DNA of 64,000 nucleotides from Cenococcum geophilum (Eukaryota): NCBI GenBank assembly GCA_050273025.1, contig CP158635.1, positions 29,760,001 to 29,824,000 of the forward strand, read 5' to 3'. Shown piece by piece: positions 37,998 to 50,509 of this stretch (position 1 is its first letter; each line of letters starts with the position of its first letter). The notes under the pieces were generated by a model. It saw only the letters and a program-made list of their open reading frames with translations, ran no database searches and was not told where the DNA came from. The position numbers and the translations under genes were made by a program.

Positions 37998-40900
37998 AAA
38001 AATAGCTTCCCTTAGCACGAGTAGCACTGGTATAGTGGCTTATCTCTTCTTGGTAAATACCTAGCTGTTTTATAGTATAACTGTAAAGTTAACCACTAAT
38101 CAGTGTTGGATCACAAGGTAATATCACGTATCTATAAATGTAGGTAGTATGATAGTTGTAAAGCTTATTCTGTTCTAAGAAGAAAGGGGGAGGGTAAGGA
38201 ACTTAAGGTTCCTTACCACGCTAGTGCCGCGGCGACACGTGACGACCGCTTGCCTTTATTCCCAACATATTTAAAGTAGTTAACTATAGCTAGCAGTTTC
38301 TTATCGTAGGTATAATACTTAACTTTAGGCCCCTGGAATTTTCTATAATAGGATATTATTAGTTTTTAGTAAAGCTAGGTAGCATCTAAATGCCTATTAG
38401 GTTATAGTAGGATACTAATAAGGGCAAAATTTAATATATTAGTAACCATTATTAATAGCTAATTTAGGTTAAAATGCCGTAGTAATAAAGCTTTTATATA
38501 CTTTATATATAGTTTCTAAAAGGCTTCCTAAACCTTTCTAGGCTATAACTATAATTTATACTATTTAGTTAGTCCCTTCTTAGTTTTCTTCCTTTCCGCT
38601 TTTAAGCCTTTTACTTTTTAGCCTAGGTTTTAAAAGCTTTTATAATATAGTTAAATAGGTATTAGGTAATATCTAAGTAGTTATAAATAAAGCGCTTATA
38701 GAAATTAGTAAAGCCTAGAAATACTTAAATATTTTAGTAGCTCTCTAGCTCTGGCTACTTTTAAATTATTTATACTCGTACTAGTTCTATAACTATACCT
38801 ATAGGTATTATAATATAGTCTAGAAACTCAATCTGCTTAATATTAAAGATATAATTTAATGCCTTAGTATAGAGGCCCTAATTATTTAAACGTTCTAGTA
38901 CTTCGCGGATATATTACTTATACTAATCCTTATCTTTTAAGTAGATTAGGATATAGTTAACTAGTCCCCCTAAGGCCCTTTATATATATATAATTAGAAT
39001 ATTATAGGCGTATTAGCTAGCCTAAAAGGCATTATTAAATACTTAAAGTAGCTGTACTAGATCATAAAAGCGGTTTCTATTTATCCCCTTTTTTAATACG
39101 GAGCCTATAATAGGCGTCTTATAGATCTAGCTTTATAAAGATCTTTACCCTAAATAGTTCATCTAACATTTTACTAACTAGTAGTAGTAGGTAATAGTTC
39201 TTAATTATAATCTTATTAAAACCGCGATAGTTTACGTATAGCCTTATAATTCTATTTAATTTTAGGATAAAAAGGATTAGCGCGCCTGCTAGTAACTTAC
39301 TAGGCTAAATTTACCCCCTTTTAGTAACCTATTAAGGTACTTTTATAGAATTTTAAGCTCTTTATAAGAGAGGTTATAGATAAAAAGGTTTAGTAGTTAT
39401 TTACCTTCTTTTAAATTAATTATATAATTATATTCTAAGTTTTATAGTAGGACTTTAGCTTATCTACCTAAAAATACCCTTAGTAAGCCCCTTAAGCTTA
39501 ATAGAATATTTAATAAATTAGAGTTATATTTATCCTCTATATTATTATTAAGTAGGTCCTAAAGCTCTCTTAAAATACTTATAGGTAGTATTATACGCTA
39601 TAGTAGTTACTTATATATAGTTACTACTATACATTAAACTATTGTATATAGTAGCTAGTAAAGGGTAGGGAATTCTTTAACGCAATATTTAAGGTATTAA
39701 AGTATACTCTTTACGTGTTATTTAAGCTAGAGTAACCCGTAGCAGTTAAAGTATCTTATAAGATCTTTAAGATCGCTATCTCCCTATAATATCTCTATAA
39801 CCTATTTAGCTGTTCCCTATAGGGTCTCTATTATAAAGGGGTTATTATCTATACTAGGCTCTATACCTATTTTACTATAAAATAGGGGTTAAATTTAATA
39901 CTCCTTTAGATATAGAGCGCATACTATTTTACCTAGAGCTATATCCTCTAGGATATCTTTTAAGCTTATTAGTAATATACGCCCTTTTAATTCTTTATTA
40001 TTCTACTATTTAAAGGCTTCTATCTTAAAGTATATTTTAAAATCTACTTTTATAAGCTAAGAGTATTTAAGAATAAAATTATAACCTATAAAGTTAGCCG
40101 CCTAAAAGGGTTATAAGCTAACTACCTTAATACAGTTATATATATCGGCTACTAATACTCTAAGCTTATAGGTACTATATAGTTTAATCTAATACTTATC
40201 TAGAAAGCTTATAATAGGATAAATTTATACTCTTTTACTAAATTATATTATATAAGATTAATTTTAGTGCCGCTATTATATATTGCTTAGAATTAATATA
40301 CCTCGCCTATAGGGAGTACCGTTTTTAGCTTAATAGTAATATAGAGAATATCTCCTTCTATATCTTACCCTAGTTATAGCTAGAAAAGGTCCACGACTAG
40401 GGCTTTTTTTTAAAATTATTAGTACGGTTATTACCCTACTTCTTTTTCTAATAAGAGTTTTTTTTTTACTTTTTAAAGTATTTCCGTAAAGGTGCTAAAT
40501 GGGTATTAAATTAGCCCTAGGAGTCTTTCCTATTATTTAAGGCCCCTAACTTTAACCCTTTTAAAGTTCTCTTTAAAAACGGCTTCTTTAAAGGTTAGGT
40601 CTGCCCTATATTACTATTAAAGTGCCTATATTTTTAGTAATACCCTAACTTTCTACTAAAAGAGGTCTAGTTCCTTATTATATCTTTAGCTTTTAAAACC
40701 GCTTATTTAAAATCCGTATATATAGTAATCTATAATAGGGCTCCTATACGCTTATTTTATTATAAATTACTAGCTTAATTTTAGCCTAAATAAACCTAAT
40801 TTTCGTCTTTTTATAGATACTACTGTCCTTATTTTTAAAGGGCTCTAGATTTATCTATTAAGTGTAAGTTTCTATAAAGTTTATAAACTAGCGGAAGTTA

Positions 40901-42248
40901 TAGCAGTTAAGCTATATCCTATTCTAAAATAGCTTTATATTATTATATTATATAATATATAGATCTTAAGTTTATTTCTTTGAAAAGGGTTATAGCTATA
41001 GCTATATAGTAATTTACTCTTTATTAAGCTAATTAAGTGCAATTTAGTTTAGTAATTAGTTTTTAATCTTACTAATAATCCAGTATATTCGCTCTTTAGT
41101 ATTATCTTATATTATTAATATCTTAAAAAAGTTATCTACCTTATAAACCCAATCGCCTAGCTATTAGGCGTTAAGTTTATAGCGAAGTTCTAAACTATTA
41201 AAGGCCTTAGCTAGTTAGTCTATATCCTTTTTCTATTTATAGTATAAATACATCTTTAAGTCTTCTATACCTTTTTAGGTAAATACTAGGTAGCTTTTAA
41301 AAAGTCCTTAGCCTTAACTAGGTTATAAAAGATTTTATTTAGCTTAGATTAAGCTTTACTAGGTCTAAACCCACCCCTAAAGGTTTCTAATATATTTATT
41401 AGTAGCTCTTTCCTATATAGCTTTTAAGAGCCTTATAATAGCTTCTTAATATTTATCTTAAAGATAATTAGTTTAAGGCTCTTAACTTTTTGGCCTTAGC
41501 CTTAGAGAAGCTCTAGCTATAGAGGTAATATTAATACTAGTAGCTAATATAGATATCCTAACAAGGCTTAGGTCTTAAGTTAGTAGTTAGGTTAGATTAC
41601 CTAAAGGGGTAAGCCCGCTTAGCTTATAAGTAGTTTATATACTACTACTATACTAATTATAGGCCGGTAGTCTTCTAGGAGGGTTCTTGTAACATTTCCC
41701 GCCCCAACGTCGCCATATAGCCAAAAAGACACGGAGTGCTTGCGAACTTGTTTGTAAGCGCGGCGGGATCTAATATATATACTCTTACAGTTCTAGTTAA
41801 GTCCTTAGTTAAATATATTAGTATATTTCTCTAGCATTTCTAGCTTAGAAGAAAATCTTAAAGTTACCTCTAGCGCTTAATTTTCTAATTAGCCTAAGTA
41901 GGGCTAAAGGGGCTCTAGTTACTTTTTAGTAGCGTTATAACCATTATAAAGGGTATTTATGTTTTTTTAGCGGTAACTATAGGTATATAAGAGTCTTTAA
42001 GCTCCTAAAGCATCTAAGTATTAAGGCTTATTTAGCCGTCTTACCTAGAGGTTTATATTATTATAATCTCTTACTATTAAAGGGACCTTTTTACCTTAAT
42101 GCAACGGCTTTCTATAAGGTATTTATAGAGTTTCTATTTAGGTTATCGCGAGATTTTTAAAAGAAAATAGTAGGTATAAATAAAAATATAAATAAATAAT
42201 CTAGTTTTTAGCTAGCTGCCCTTTTAAATAAAGTAGGAAGAATTTAGA

Positions 42249-42453
42249 TATAAGGGGACTTTATAAATAGGGGGCTATAAGGTATAATTGTAGAAATAAA
42301 ATAGATTAGTAAGAGAGATAAATCCTTAAGAAGGTTAGACCTCTAGAATTGTGGAGACTATATACTACAGGTATATGCCTCCGGTATATAACTGGCGACT
42401 ATTTAAGGGGCGTCCGGGGGTTGTCCTAAGGGTAACCTAAGGTGTCCGCAATA
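42249..42453 (-). repeat. Probable 5' LTR of G2
   Basis: Starts ATTTAGA|TATAAGG, like the G1 LTR (ATTTAAA|TATAAGG), and shares AGAGAYAAATCCTTAAG with it. Ends GCAATA (RIPed GCAACA). No partner LTR to confirm it. Confidence 0.6.
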
Positions 42454-43875
42454 ATATCCCTTATATTAGCTATATAAAGAAGATAATAAATAGCAACGTA
42501 TATTGTATATATATACACCTTAATATTAAGGCTTTTATATAGGAATTATAGCAGATACTATATTACTAGCCTATTCTTATAGAGGATAATACCTTAATTT
42601 ACTTAGTAAAAGTAATCTACTTAGCCTACAGCCTGTAACAGTTTTAGTGTCCCCCCTCCCTTTATATATATGCGCGCGCGACATATACCTAATTTCGCTT
42701 TACCTGCAGCTAAATTAGTATATAAAGCTAGCAGAAAGGGATGTAGTACGTGCCACACGGCCCACATTAAATCGGAGCTCGATTTTGAGGCCATTGTAAA
42801 CTTCTCTCCCTTACTAAAAGTCGTAAAATCTGTTCTAGATCGTGGTGATATAAGCCCTCTTTCTCTAATTAATATAAGCTCCAAACGCCCTGCTCCTACC
42901 TCTGTAGGTAGTCCCTCTACTCAGCCACCTATATAGCGATTTTAATTGTCACCAGTATAGCCTCTCTTAGCGATTGGTTGTCTACCTCCTTATATACAGA
43001 GCTTGAGTATAAGTACGGTCGTGAATCTTCTACCTATATATAGTAGCCAACTTAATATGCAGCTTAACTATAGTATTCCGCATATATTATAACGGGCTGC
43101 CTATTTTACTGTAGGCGAGCTTAATAAGATCCTAAACGATCTGGTGGCTGCTAAAGAGCACGATAATAAGGAAATTTAACACTTTTATCAACCGCCAGAA
43201 TAGAATATAATGAGAGCTCCGCGGCGTATGGGCGCGGCTCCCCCTATATTGCGAAGCTAGCCGTATACTAAGAGGCCTTAATCGCCAGAGACTTTAATAT
43301 ATAAGCCTTCGGTAGAGAGTAAGGAAGAGCTGGCTTTAAGGCTCCGAACGGAACGGGAGGAATATATTATAAGGCCTTTAGGCGGAGGCTTATTCTTTAA
43401 GTATCGCCTAGTGGAAGGCTTAATCGACACGCACTTACAACGAGATGCGCCGAGGTGGTGTAAATAACGCGGGACTAGCTGTGGATCATGGGTCCAATAG
43501 GGAAAAACTAAGGACCCCCGTGTGTCTCCTGAAGCCACCAAATTTAAGATTCCGTTTTCAAAAAAGTAGGTGGCCGAAGTACCTAGCCAAAGCAAGGGGG
43601 CCAAGGCGTTATTAATTTTGCCGGGTAGCGCCTTAGCCAGGTGGTTTAAATTGTAATCAAGGTGGTCCGGATGAACTCCCAGTGGCGATGTATATAATCT
43701 TCCTCGCACCTAGATAGTAACCCATTAAGCTTCTCCTTAAGCTTCTACTTCTAACAGGGAATCAACGTCCATATGGATGTTAATTGCTTAGCATCACTGC
43801 CCACTCTTTAAACCGCTTTGAAACTTATTAAACCCCTTCAAAATATATTTCCCACCATCTCTTACACAAAGCAAA

Positions 43876-44337
43876 ATGCTATTCGGCAAAGTTATCATCG
43901 CAATGGCCGGTTTCCTGTTTGGCGTGAGCACGGCCGTAATAGGCCTTATTAGCCCTGACGATTATATTACAGCGGCCGCTCAGCGAAGCAACAGTCGCCC
44001 CGACGATATTCGTATCCAATTAATTAACAATGGAGCCAAACCAGAAATTGATGCTGCCCTCCAAGAAGCTCAGGACAAAGCCAATGCGTATGATGGAGTT
44101 GCATGTGATGCGATCACGTGCCAGGCTTGTATTAACTGCCAAACTGGGCTTGTCGATGTTTCTATAGACATAGCAACAGCTTGGGGCGTCTGCGCCCTCG
44201 CGTGTCTCGTTATTGAGGCCTGTCCTGAAGCTATTGCTGTTGCCTCGGCCTACACCGCGGATGTATGCGCTAGGTTTTGCAACGACCAACACCAACCGTT
44301 ATCATGCAAGATGGATTGTCATTGGGCTACTTGTTAA
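43876..44337 (+). CDS. Small secreted cysteine-rich protein, 153 aa, candidate effector
   Basis: Intact single-exon ORF. GCAAAATG start context after a pyrimidine-rich leader. Hydrophobic signal peptide MLFGKVIIAMAGFLFGVSTA. 12 Cys, all in the C-terminal half. Normal CpA/TpG content, unlike the flanks. Confidence 0.9.
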   Translation: MLFGKVIIAMAGFLFGVSTAVIGLISPDDYITAAAQRSNSRPDDIRIQLINNGAKPEIDAALQEAQDKANAYDGVACDAITCQACINCQTGLVDVSIDIATAWGVCALACLVIEACPEAIAVASAYTADVCARFCNDQHQPLSCKMDCHWATC

Positions 44338-44748
44338 ATGCCTTTGCTAGCGCGAGCAGTGTTCCCAACAATCAAATATTTTCAGCATTTAATCATTCAG
44401 AGGTGGAATAATATAGGCAACTCCTATGATGGTCCTGGCATGCGTCCCAGTCCTAAATGAGGTAGCAGGAGTGATCACCATTGGCGAATTCCCGTCTCGA
44501 CTTAGGCGCACAACAATAGAATAAAACTTGCTGTATAATACTCTCAATGCTGCTCTTTCATACTTTTAAAACCGCATCCTTATATACTTTTTCATTGTTG
44601 CGCTATGCTGTGTTGAATTTGGAGTCAATTTTGGTGATGGACTAATGACATTCGCTTAAGATGCCATTTTAATTTCCGCAGACAGCACTAACCTCTTTTA
44701 TATTCGTAAATAGCTTTAAACCTTTTCTGGATTCCATAGACTTGTCTA

Positions 44749-45170
44749 TGAGGCTCTAATGCAGCGGAGCTCTTAAGGGGCGCCCTAGAACAGGTTAACT
44801 GTGAGGTTGGCTATACAAGCGCCTACGAACGATTATGTGGCTTATCCTAAAATGAGCTAAACCTAACACGCCAAACACAGATACAGTTAACCTCCTCTTA
44901 CAGCGGTTAATTAACCTATTTCCCGAAAACAGGTTCTAGTTCTTAAAACTAAATCCGGTTTTTAGAATTGCGCCGTTTTTATAGTAGTTAATTAGCCTAT
45001 GTCCTAAAACCGGAATTAGGATCTAGTCTCTAGAATTAAATCTAGTTTTTAGGATCGTAATTTAAGCCAGAACTGAAAATAGTCCGTTTAGCTTAATATT
45101 ATACCTTTTTAGTTACATTTAATACGCCTAAAACCTAGAATTAGGATATAGTCTTTAAAATTAAAATATA
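44749..45170 (+). repeat. ~420-bp dispersed repeat, copy 2, cut by the LTR at 45171
   Basis: Inverted homolog of 9940-10363; less RIPed at its left end. Confidence 0.85.
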
Positions 45171-45588
45171 TATTACGGACGCTTTAAGTACGATATTACG
45201 ACTACTTAGAGAAGAGTTGGAGGAAGCTAGTTGGTTAATACAAGCACGGTCTAGGATGGAACCCGTAGAACCATGTGACGAGGAATAGTAAGCAGAGTTA
45301 CGTGATGTGATCTGTATAATCTATATAATCTATATAATCTATAATAGAGCGAATAAAGTAGATAGAGCAGATAAAGTAACGACTTTCTTAGGAGTATAGT
45401 TGTGTATTTAAGGACCCTTAGTCCCTACCTAGATAGTTCCTTCCTTATAGTGATTCTCAGAATATAATTAGAGTTAATCTGTTAGGCAACCACTCCACTA
45501 GTTATTATTATGTTGTTGATTTATCTATTCCTATATACCTAGCCTATTAACAAGCCTACTGTAGTAACTACTACAAGGTTCCGTTATA
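45171..45588 (+). repeat. 5' LTR of G4-A
   Basis: TATTACGGAC...CCGTTATA (RIPed TG...CA). Inverted homolog of the four other G4 LTRs. Confidence 0.9.
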
Positions 45589-47794
45589 TAATTACTACCA
45601 CGGTTATAGTATAATAAATTAAATAACAATGCCACTAAAAGTAGCCACGACGCCATTGACGGAGGCAACTACTTTAAGATTAGGTAACGACACCAGTATA
45701 GCAGACACTGACTTATAACAACTAGTAACGGTTAGATAATTATAAGAGATAGTTAACTAGTTAACGGGAGATAATGCGGTACTTAAATAAAGGATTAACG
45801 GGATAGGAGCAGTAAAGGTTAAGTTACCATTAATTAAAAGATTTTTAGAAAAGAGATTGAAGCTTAAAGGATTCCTTACGCAGATACATTTTAAAGTTAT
45901 ATAAGAAGGAGTAAAGCTAGCTATACCTATAGATCAAATAGCGTATACAGGATTGTTCTTAATAGGAAAGGCACTTAAATAGTTTAAACCTTACCTTATA
46001 AAGATATAAGTAAACGGCATAACGATTATAAACCAGGAAGTACGGTTTATGTTTTTAAGTTAGAATGGATTTATAGAACGACTTACGCAAATATTTGGAG
46101 ACCTAGAGGCAACAACCACGGCAGAAAGAAAACTCTAAGACATTATATAGTAAACCTTAGCGATTAAGTATATAACGCAGTTCTAGACGCTAGCAATATA
46201 GGTTAAGTAGAATAATAAGGCGCTTATAGCATAGTATAAACAGGGACTTAAGGCTAAAGTCTAAGATATAATTATTCTAATGGAAGATACGGACACCCTA
46301 AGGGAATTAATTAATTAAGCAATTAAGATTAATAATAGGATCTTCTAAAGGGAACAGACTAAGAGAGGTTAGGATAGAGTTCTATAGTTATATAAGGCGC
46401 AGAGCACGCATTAATAAAAGCTAAGTTAAAAACTATAGTATAGCGCAGAGCTAATAGACCTAAGCGGTACTAAAGAAGCCTATAAAAGATAGAGTAAGAA
46501 ACTATAGAAACCTAGAGGTTAAGGATCAAGCAATTATAGGACTAGGGAGTATAGGCCAAACTAAGGATCTTAATAGCAGAAGACGTTTAAGCGGACTCTA
46601 TAATAAAAGTAATGGTTTAAAAAAGGAGCTTGTATAAATTGCGGGAAACTAGGTTATTTTACTAGAGATTATAAAGATAGTTAGAGATACTACGTAATAA
46701 AGGGAACTAGACTAGTAGTATATAACACATATATATAGAGGGATAATAGTACACTATAAGGAACAAAAGAGTATTTAATTAAAAGTTTTGCGTTTTGTTA
46801 TAATAACGCATGCCAAATTTATAAAGACGCTAAGTACGGCGCAAGCTATTAGCTATAAGAGCCAGAGTTAAAAGGGCTTAAAGGAACTAAAGAGTTAGAT
46901 AAAGAATAAGATTAACTCTATAAGCTAAATTAAGATATTATAGTAACGTATAGATAAAGATTAGTAATAATAATAATGGAGTTGGAGTATTTATTAATTA
47001 ACAGTAATAAGGAAAAAAAAGAAACTAACTGGGGGTATCTAAACCTCAATAGCGTATTAGAAGTAGAGACTAAGACCACTATAAAGTAAGGTTTAGTAAT
47101 AGGTATTATAACACCGTTAGATATAGTATCTATTACTTTATAAGATGGAAGGAGTAATATCTAAAGGTAATTAAGCAAGCAGATAACTGCTAGTACTAGC
47201 TCACTACTTAATAAAGGCAAAAGGCTAAAGGCTTAAGATTCTTAAGATAAGATAAGAGAGATCTAATGTAACGGAGCCTTATAGCAAGAACTACGGTAGA
47301 CTTGTTAATGGGCTAGGTATGCAGATATTGCTAGAAGCCAATAACGTAATAATAACTGGTAAAGTGATTGCCCAATAGATTAACTTTAATTGTATTCTAA
47401 GAATTACTACAAGGAAGAAACTATCTAGGTAGGGACTACAGGTCCTTAAATACACAACTATACTCCTATAAAATCCTCCTTATACGTAATATACGTGTTA
47501 TACGTGTTATATATATTATACACTATATATACTGCGTATACTGCGTATAATATTATATAACTTACTTACTATTCTTCATTATATAGTTTTATAGGTTCTA
47601 TCCTAAACCATGCTTATATTAACCAACTAGCTTCTTTTAACTTTTCTCTAAGTAGTTATAATATTATACTTAAAGCGTTTATAACATCATCTCCCTCCTT
47701 TTTATCTTTGTCCTTAAAGATACCTAGTATTTCTAAGTTGTTTACTAGAGGTATAATATCCGTCTAATTAATTTGGTTAATATCGTTACTTATA

Positions 47795-48400
47795 GTGCCT
47801 AAAGCCTCTTCTTCTTTATAAGCGCAATGTCGTGCCTATACTATTGCTGTAATATTATCGCTTAGTAAAATAATATTATTTCCGTGTTCTCGTTATGCGA
47901 AAGAGGGGTTAATTTATATTACGTTAGCGAGTCCTTTGTCTTAGTAACCCTCTTCTTATTTAGAGTGCACCAAAGCAAATATTTAATCGTCTTGCGATAT
48001 TCGCTTTACTTCTAACGCTAAGTATACGCGTCCTATAACTCTTAATAGTCTCTAAGTTCCTTAAGTAATTTATTATAGGGTCTTATATTTAATCTGCCGC
48101 TGTAAAGCTTAATAGTAAACTATCTATCACTTTAGCGGAACTTTATTATTTATATAACGCTAAGAAGGAGGCCGCTAATACTTAATAATGGGCTCTTAAC
48201 TCTCGTCTTGCTGCGTCTACTTAGTTAATTTATCTTAAGAAAGTTTATAAGAAGGTTTGTTTAAAGAAGTAGAAACTTATTTAATAAGGTCTATAGGAAC
48301 TTAGTAGTAAAAGAACGGATTCTTTTTTAATAGAGAAGGAAACAACTCTAAGTAGTTTAATAGTTGCTCTTTCTAGGTCCCCTTTAGGTAACTTATTCTT
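47795..48400 (+). pseudogene. Antisense Zn2Cys6-like plus coiled-coil ORF relic of G4-B
   Basis: Combined with the G4-C copy it reads PCSRCLKEGLVCI(A)LASPSSRQPSS(C)xECTKANVxSSCD. End approximate. Confidence 0.7.
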
Positions 48401-49903
48401 TAGCGATTTATCCCTATTAATATTACCTAACCTTTTCTCTTTTAATACTCCTATACCTTTCCTATAGCGTTTTTTAGGTTCTCTAGTAGCTCCTAGGTAG
48501 TCTTATCATAGCCTATCCACTTTACTTTATACTATATTTTATCGTCTATATCCTTATAACTAACAATCTTTAAAACTTGCTATTTATCTTCCTCTTATTC
48601 TCTATATATATCTGCCTTATAGACCGGTGGCTTAACATTCCTATATACTAGCTCTAGTATTGCAATATACTATATAGGGTAGATCTTTATTCTAGCTAGT
48701 AGGTTTAACTTAAATATAACCAATAAAATTTTCTATATAATTTTAAAAGGTCCTAATCTAACATAGTCTAACTTCTTACTTAGTTGTTAACTCTTAAAAT
48801 TTTTATATAGTAGCCATACTTTATCTCCCTCCTTAAGATCTAGTCCCTTAGATCTCTTAGTATTACAGTACTTTTTTATTCTTTACTATACCACCTTAGC
48901 TATTTCTATAAGGTCTATATAAAGATTTATTAAACTCTTTATTTTTTACTTAGCTATACTACTTATCTTCTTTACTTAACGTGGCGATAATAAGGTCCTT
49001 GGCTTATATCCGTAATTCGCCTTAAATAGTAACGTACCTATTCCTTCTTATAGTGTTGCATTATATATAAACTATATAACTAGTAATAGCAATACCCAAT
49101 TATTCTATATATAATTAATATAATACCTTAGATACTATTCTAGTATTTAATTTAATCTTTTTATTTAACTGTCTGTCTGTAGATAATATATAGTAAAAGT
49201 TGCTACTTAAACTCCTTACTCTGCTAAAAACACTTCCTAGAATACTACTATAAATCTTAAATCTCTATCTAATATAATCTTATTTAGTGCTCTATATTTT
49301 ATAAATACTTCCTTAATATAGATTCTAGTGATATCTTCCGCTAATATTTCTTCTATATATGCTATAAAGTATCTATAACGGAACCTTGTAGTAGGAACTA
49401 CGATAGGCTCGTTATTAGGCTAGGTATATAGGTGAAGCAAATTAAGTCAACAACGTAATAACAACTAGTGGAGTGGTTGCCTAACAGATTAACTCTAATT
49501 ATATTCTAAGAATTACTACAAGGAAGGAACTATCTAGGTAGGGACTAAGGGTCCTTAAATACACAACCGTACTCCTATAAAATCCTTCTTATACATAATA
49601 TACGTCTTATATATAAGGTACGTGAGTTCCCTTTATTCCTCTTATTCCTTTTATAGCACCTTATATAACCTTAGCTACCATTCCTCATTATATAGTTCCA
49701 CGGGTTTTATCCTAGACCGTACTTATATTAACTAACTAGCTTCTTCTAACTCCTCTCCAAGTAGTTATAATATTGTACTTAAAGCGTCCGTAATACTATC
49801 TCCCTCCTCTCTATCTTTGTCCTTAAAGATACCTAGTATCTCTAAGTTGTTTACTAGAGGTGTAATATTCGTCTAGTTAATTTAGTTAATATTATTACTT
49901 ATA

Positions 49904-50500
49904 ATACCTAAAGCTTCTTCCTCTTTATATGCGCAACGTCGTGCCCGCACTATTACTGCAATATTGTCGCTTGGTAAAATAATGCCATCTCTGTATTCCC
50001 GTTGCTTAAAGGAGGGGTTAGTGTGTATTACGTTAGCAAGTCCTTCGTCTCGGCAACCCTCCTCTTATTTAGAGTGCACTAAAGTAAACGTTTAATTATC
50101 CTATGATGTTCGTTCTACTTCTAACACTAAGTATGCGCGTCCTATAACTCTTAATAGTCTTTAAGTTCCCTAAGTAATTTATTATAGGGTCTTATATTTA
50201 ATCTGCTGCTGCGAAGCTTAATAGTGACCTGGCGTAGGCCCTTACTAAGCTTAAGCGTTCTTGGGATGCGGAACAGAAGGCCCTAAATACTCGCATTGCG
50301 GCGTCTGCCTATCTACTTTGTCTTAAGAAGGTGCGTAAGAAGGTTCGTTTTAAGGAGTGGAAACTTATAGAATAAGGTCTATAGGAACTTAGTGATAAAA
50401 GAACGGATTCTCTTCTAATAGAGAAGGAAATAACTCCAAGTAGTTTGGCAGTCGCTCTTCCTAAATCCCCCTTAGGCGGCTCGTTCTTTAGTGATTCCTC
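49904..50500 (+). pseudogene. Antisense Zn2Cys6-like plus coiled-coil ORF relic of G4-C
   Basis: Reads (M)PKASSS...AQRRARTITAILSLGKIMPSL(Y>C)SRCLKEGLVCITLASPSSRQPSS(Y>C)LECTK..., later LL.LKKVRKKVRFKEWKLIE*GL*EL. Confidence 0.7.
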
Positions 50501-50509
50501 TTTATTAAT

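Larger units (their letters stand above)
26036..38267 (-). mobile_element. Ty1/copia-like LTR retrotransposon C2 (~5.6 kb without nested G3), inserted in the G2 RNase H
   Basis: 164-bp LTRs at 26036-26199 and 38104-38267. TSD TATTT at 26031-26035 and 38268-38272. RT DIT*AYT at ~27750. RNase H FVNRSFINNKDFSS*LGY at ~27010-27065 and KEKRLIINIMAL..SYER at ~26680-26740. Confidence 0.93.
15250..42453 (-). mobile_element. Ty3/gypsy chromovirus G2, split by two nested insertions; 3' LTR not found
   Basis: Three segments. ~15250-17323: chromodomain KVK*LG*PAKDSI*E, GPF region and AFNL*TDG*IER*N. 24716-26035: integrase and RNase H end. 38268-42453: RNase H, RT, protease, gag and LTR. The reading continues across both TSD-flanked insertions. 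Left boundary approximate. Confidence 0.85.

Noticed and set aside
44020..44295. 91-aa minus-strand ORF
   Set aside because: Antisense shadow of the secreted-protein gene with a non-ATG start.
44792..44893. 11-bp inverted repeat AGGTTAACTGT/ACAGTTAACCT as a MITE
   Set aside because: No TSD, partly palindromic, and it lies inside the larger 420-bp repeat whose other copy lacks it.
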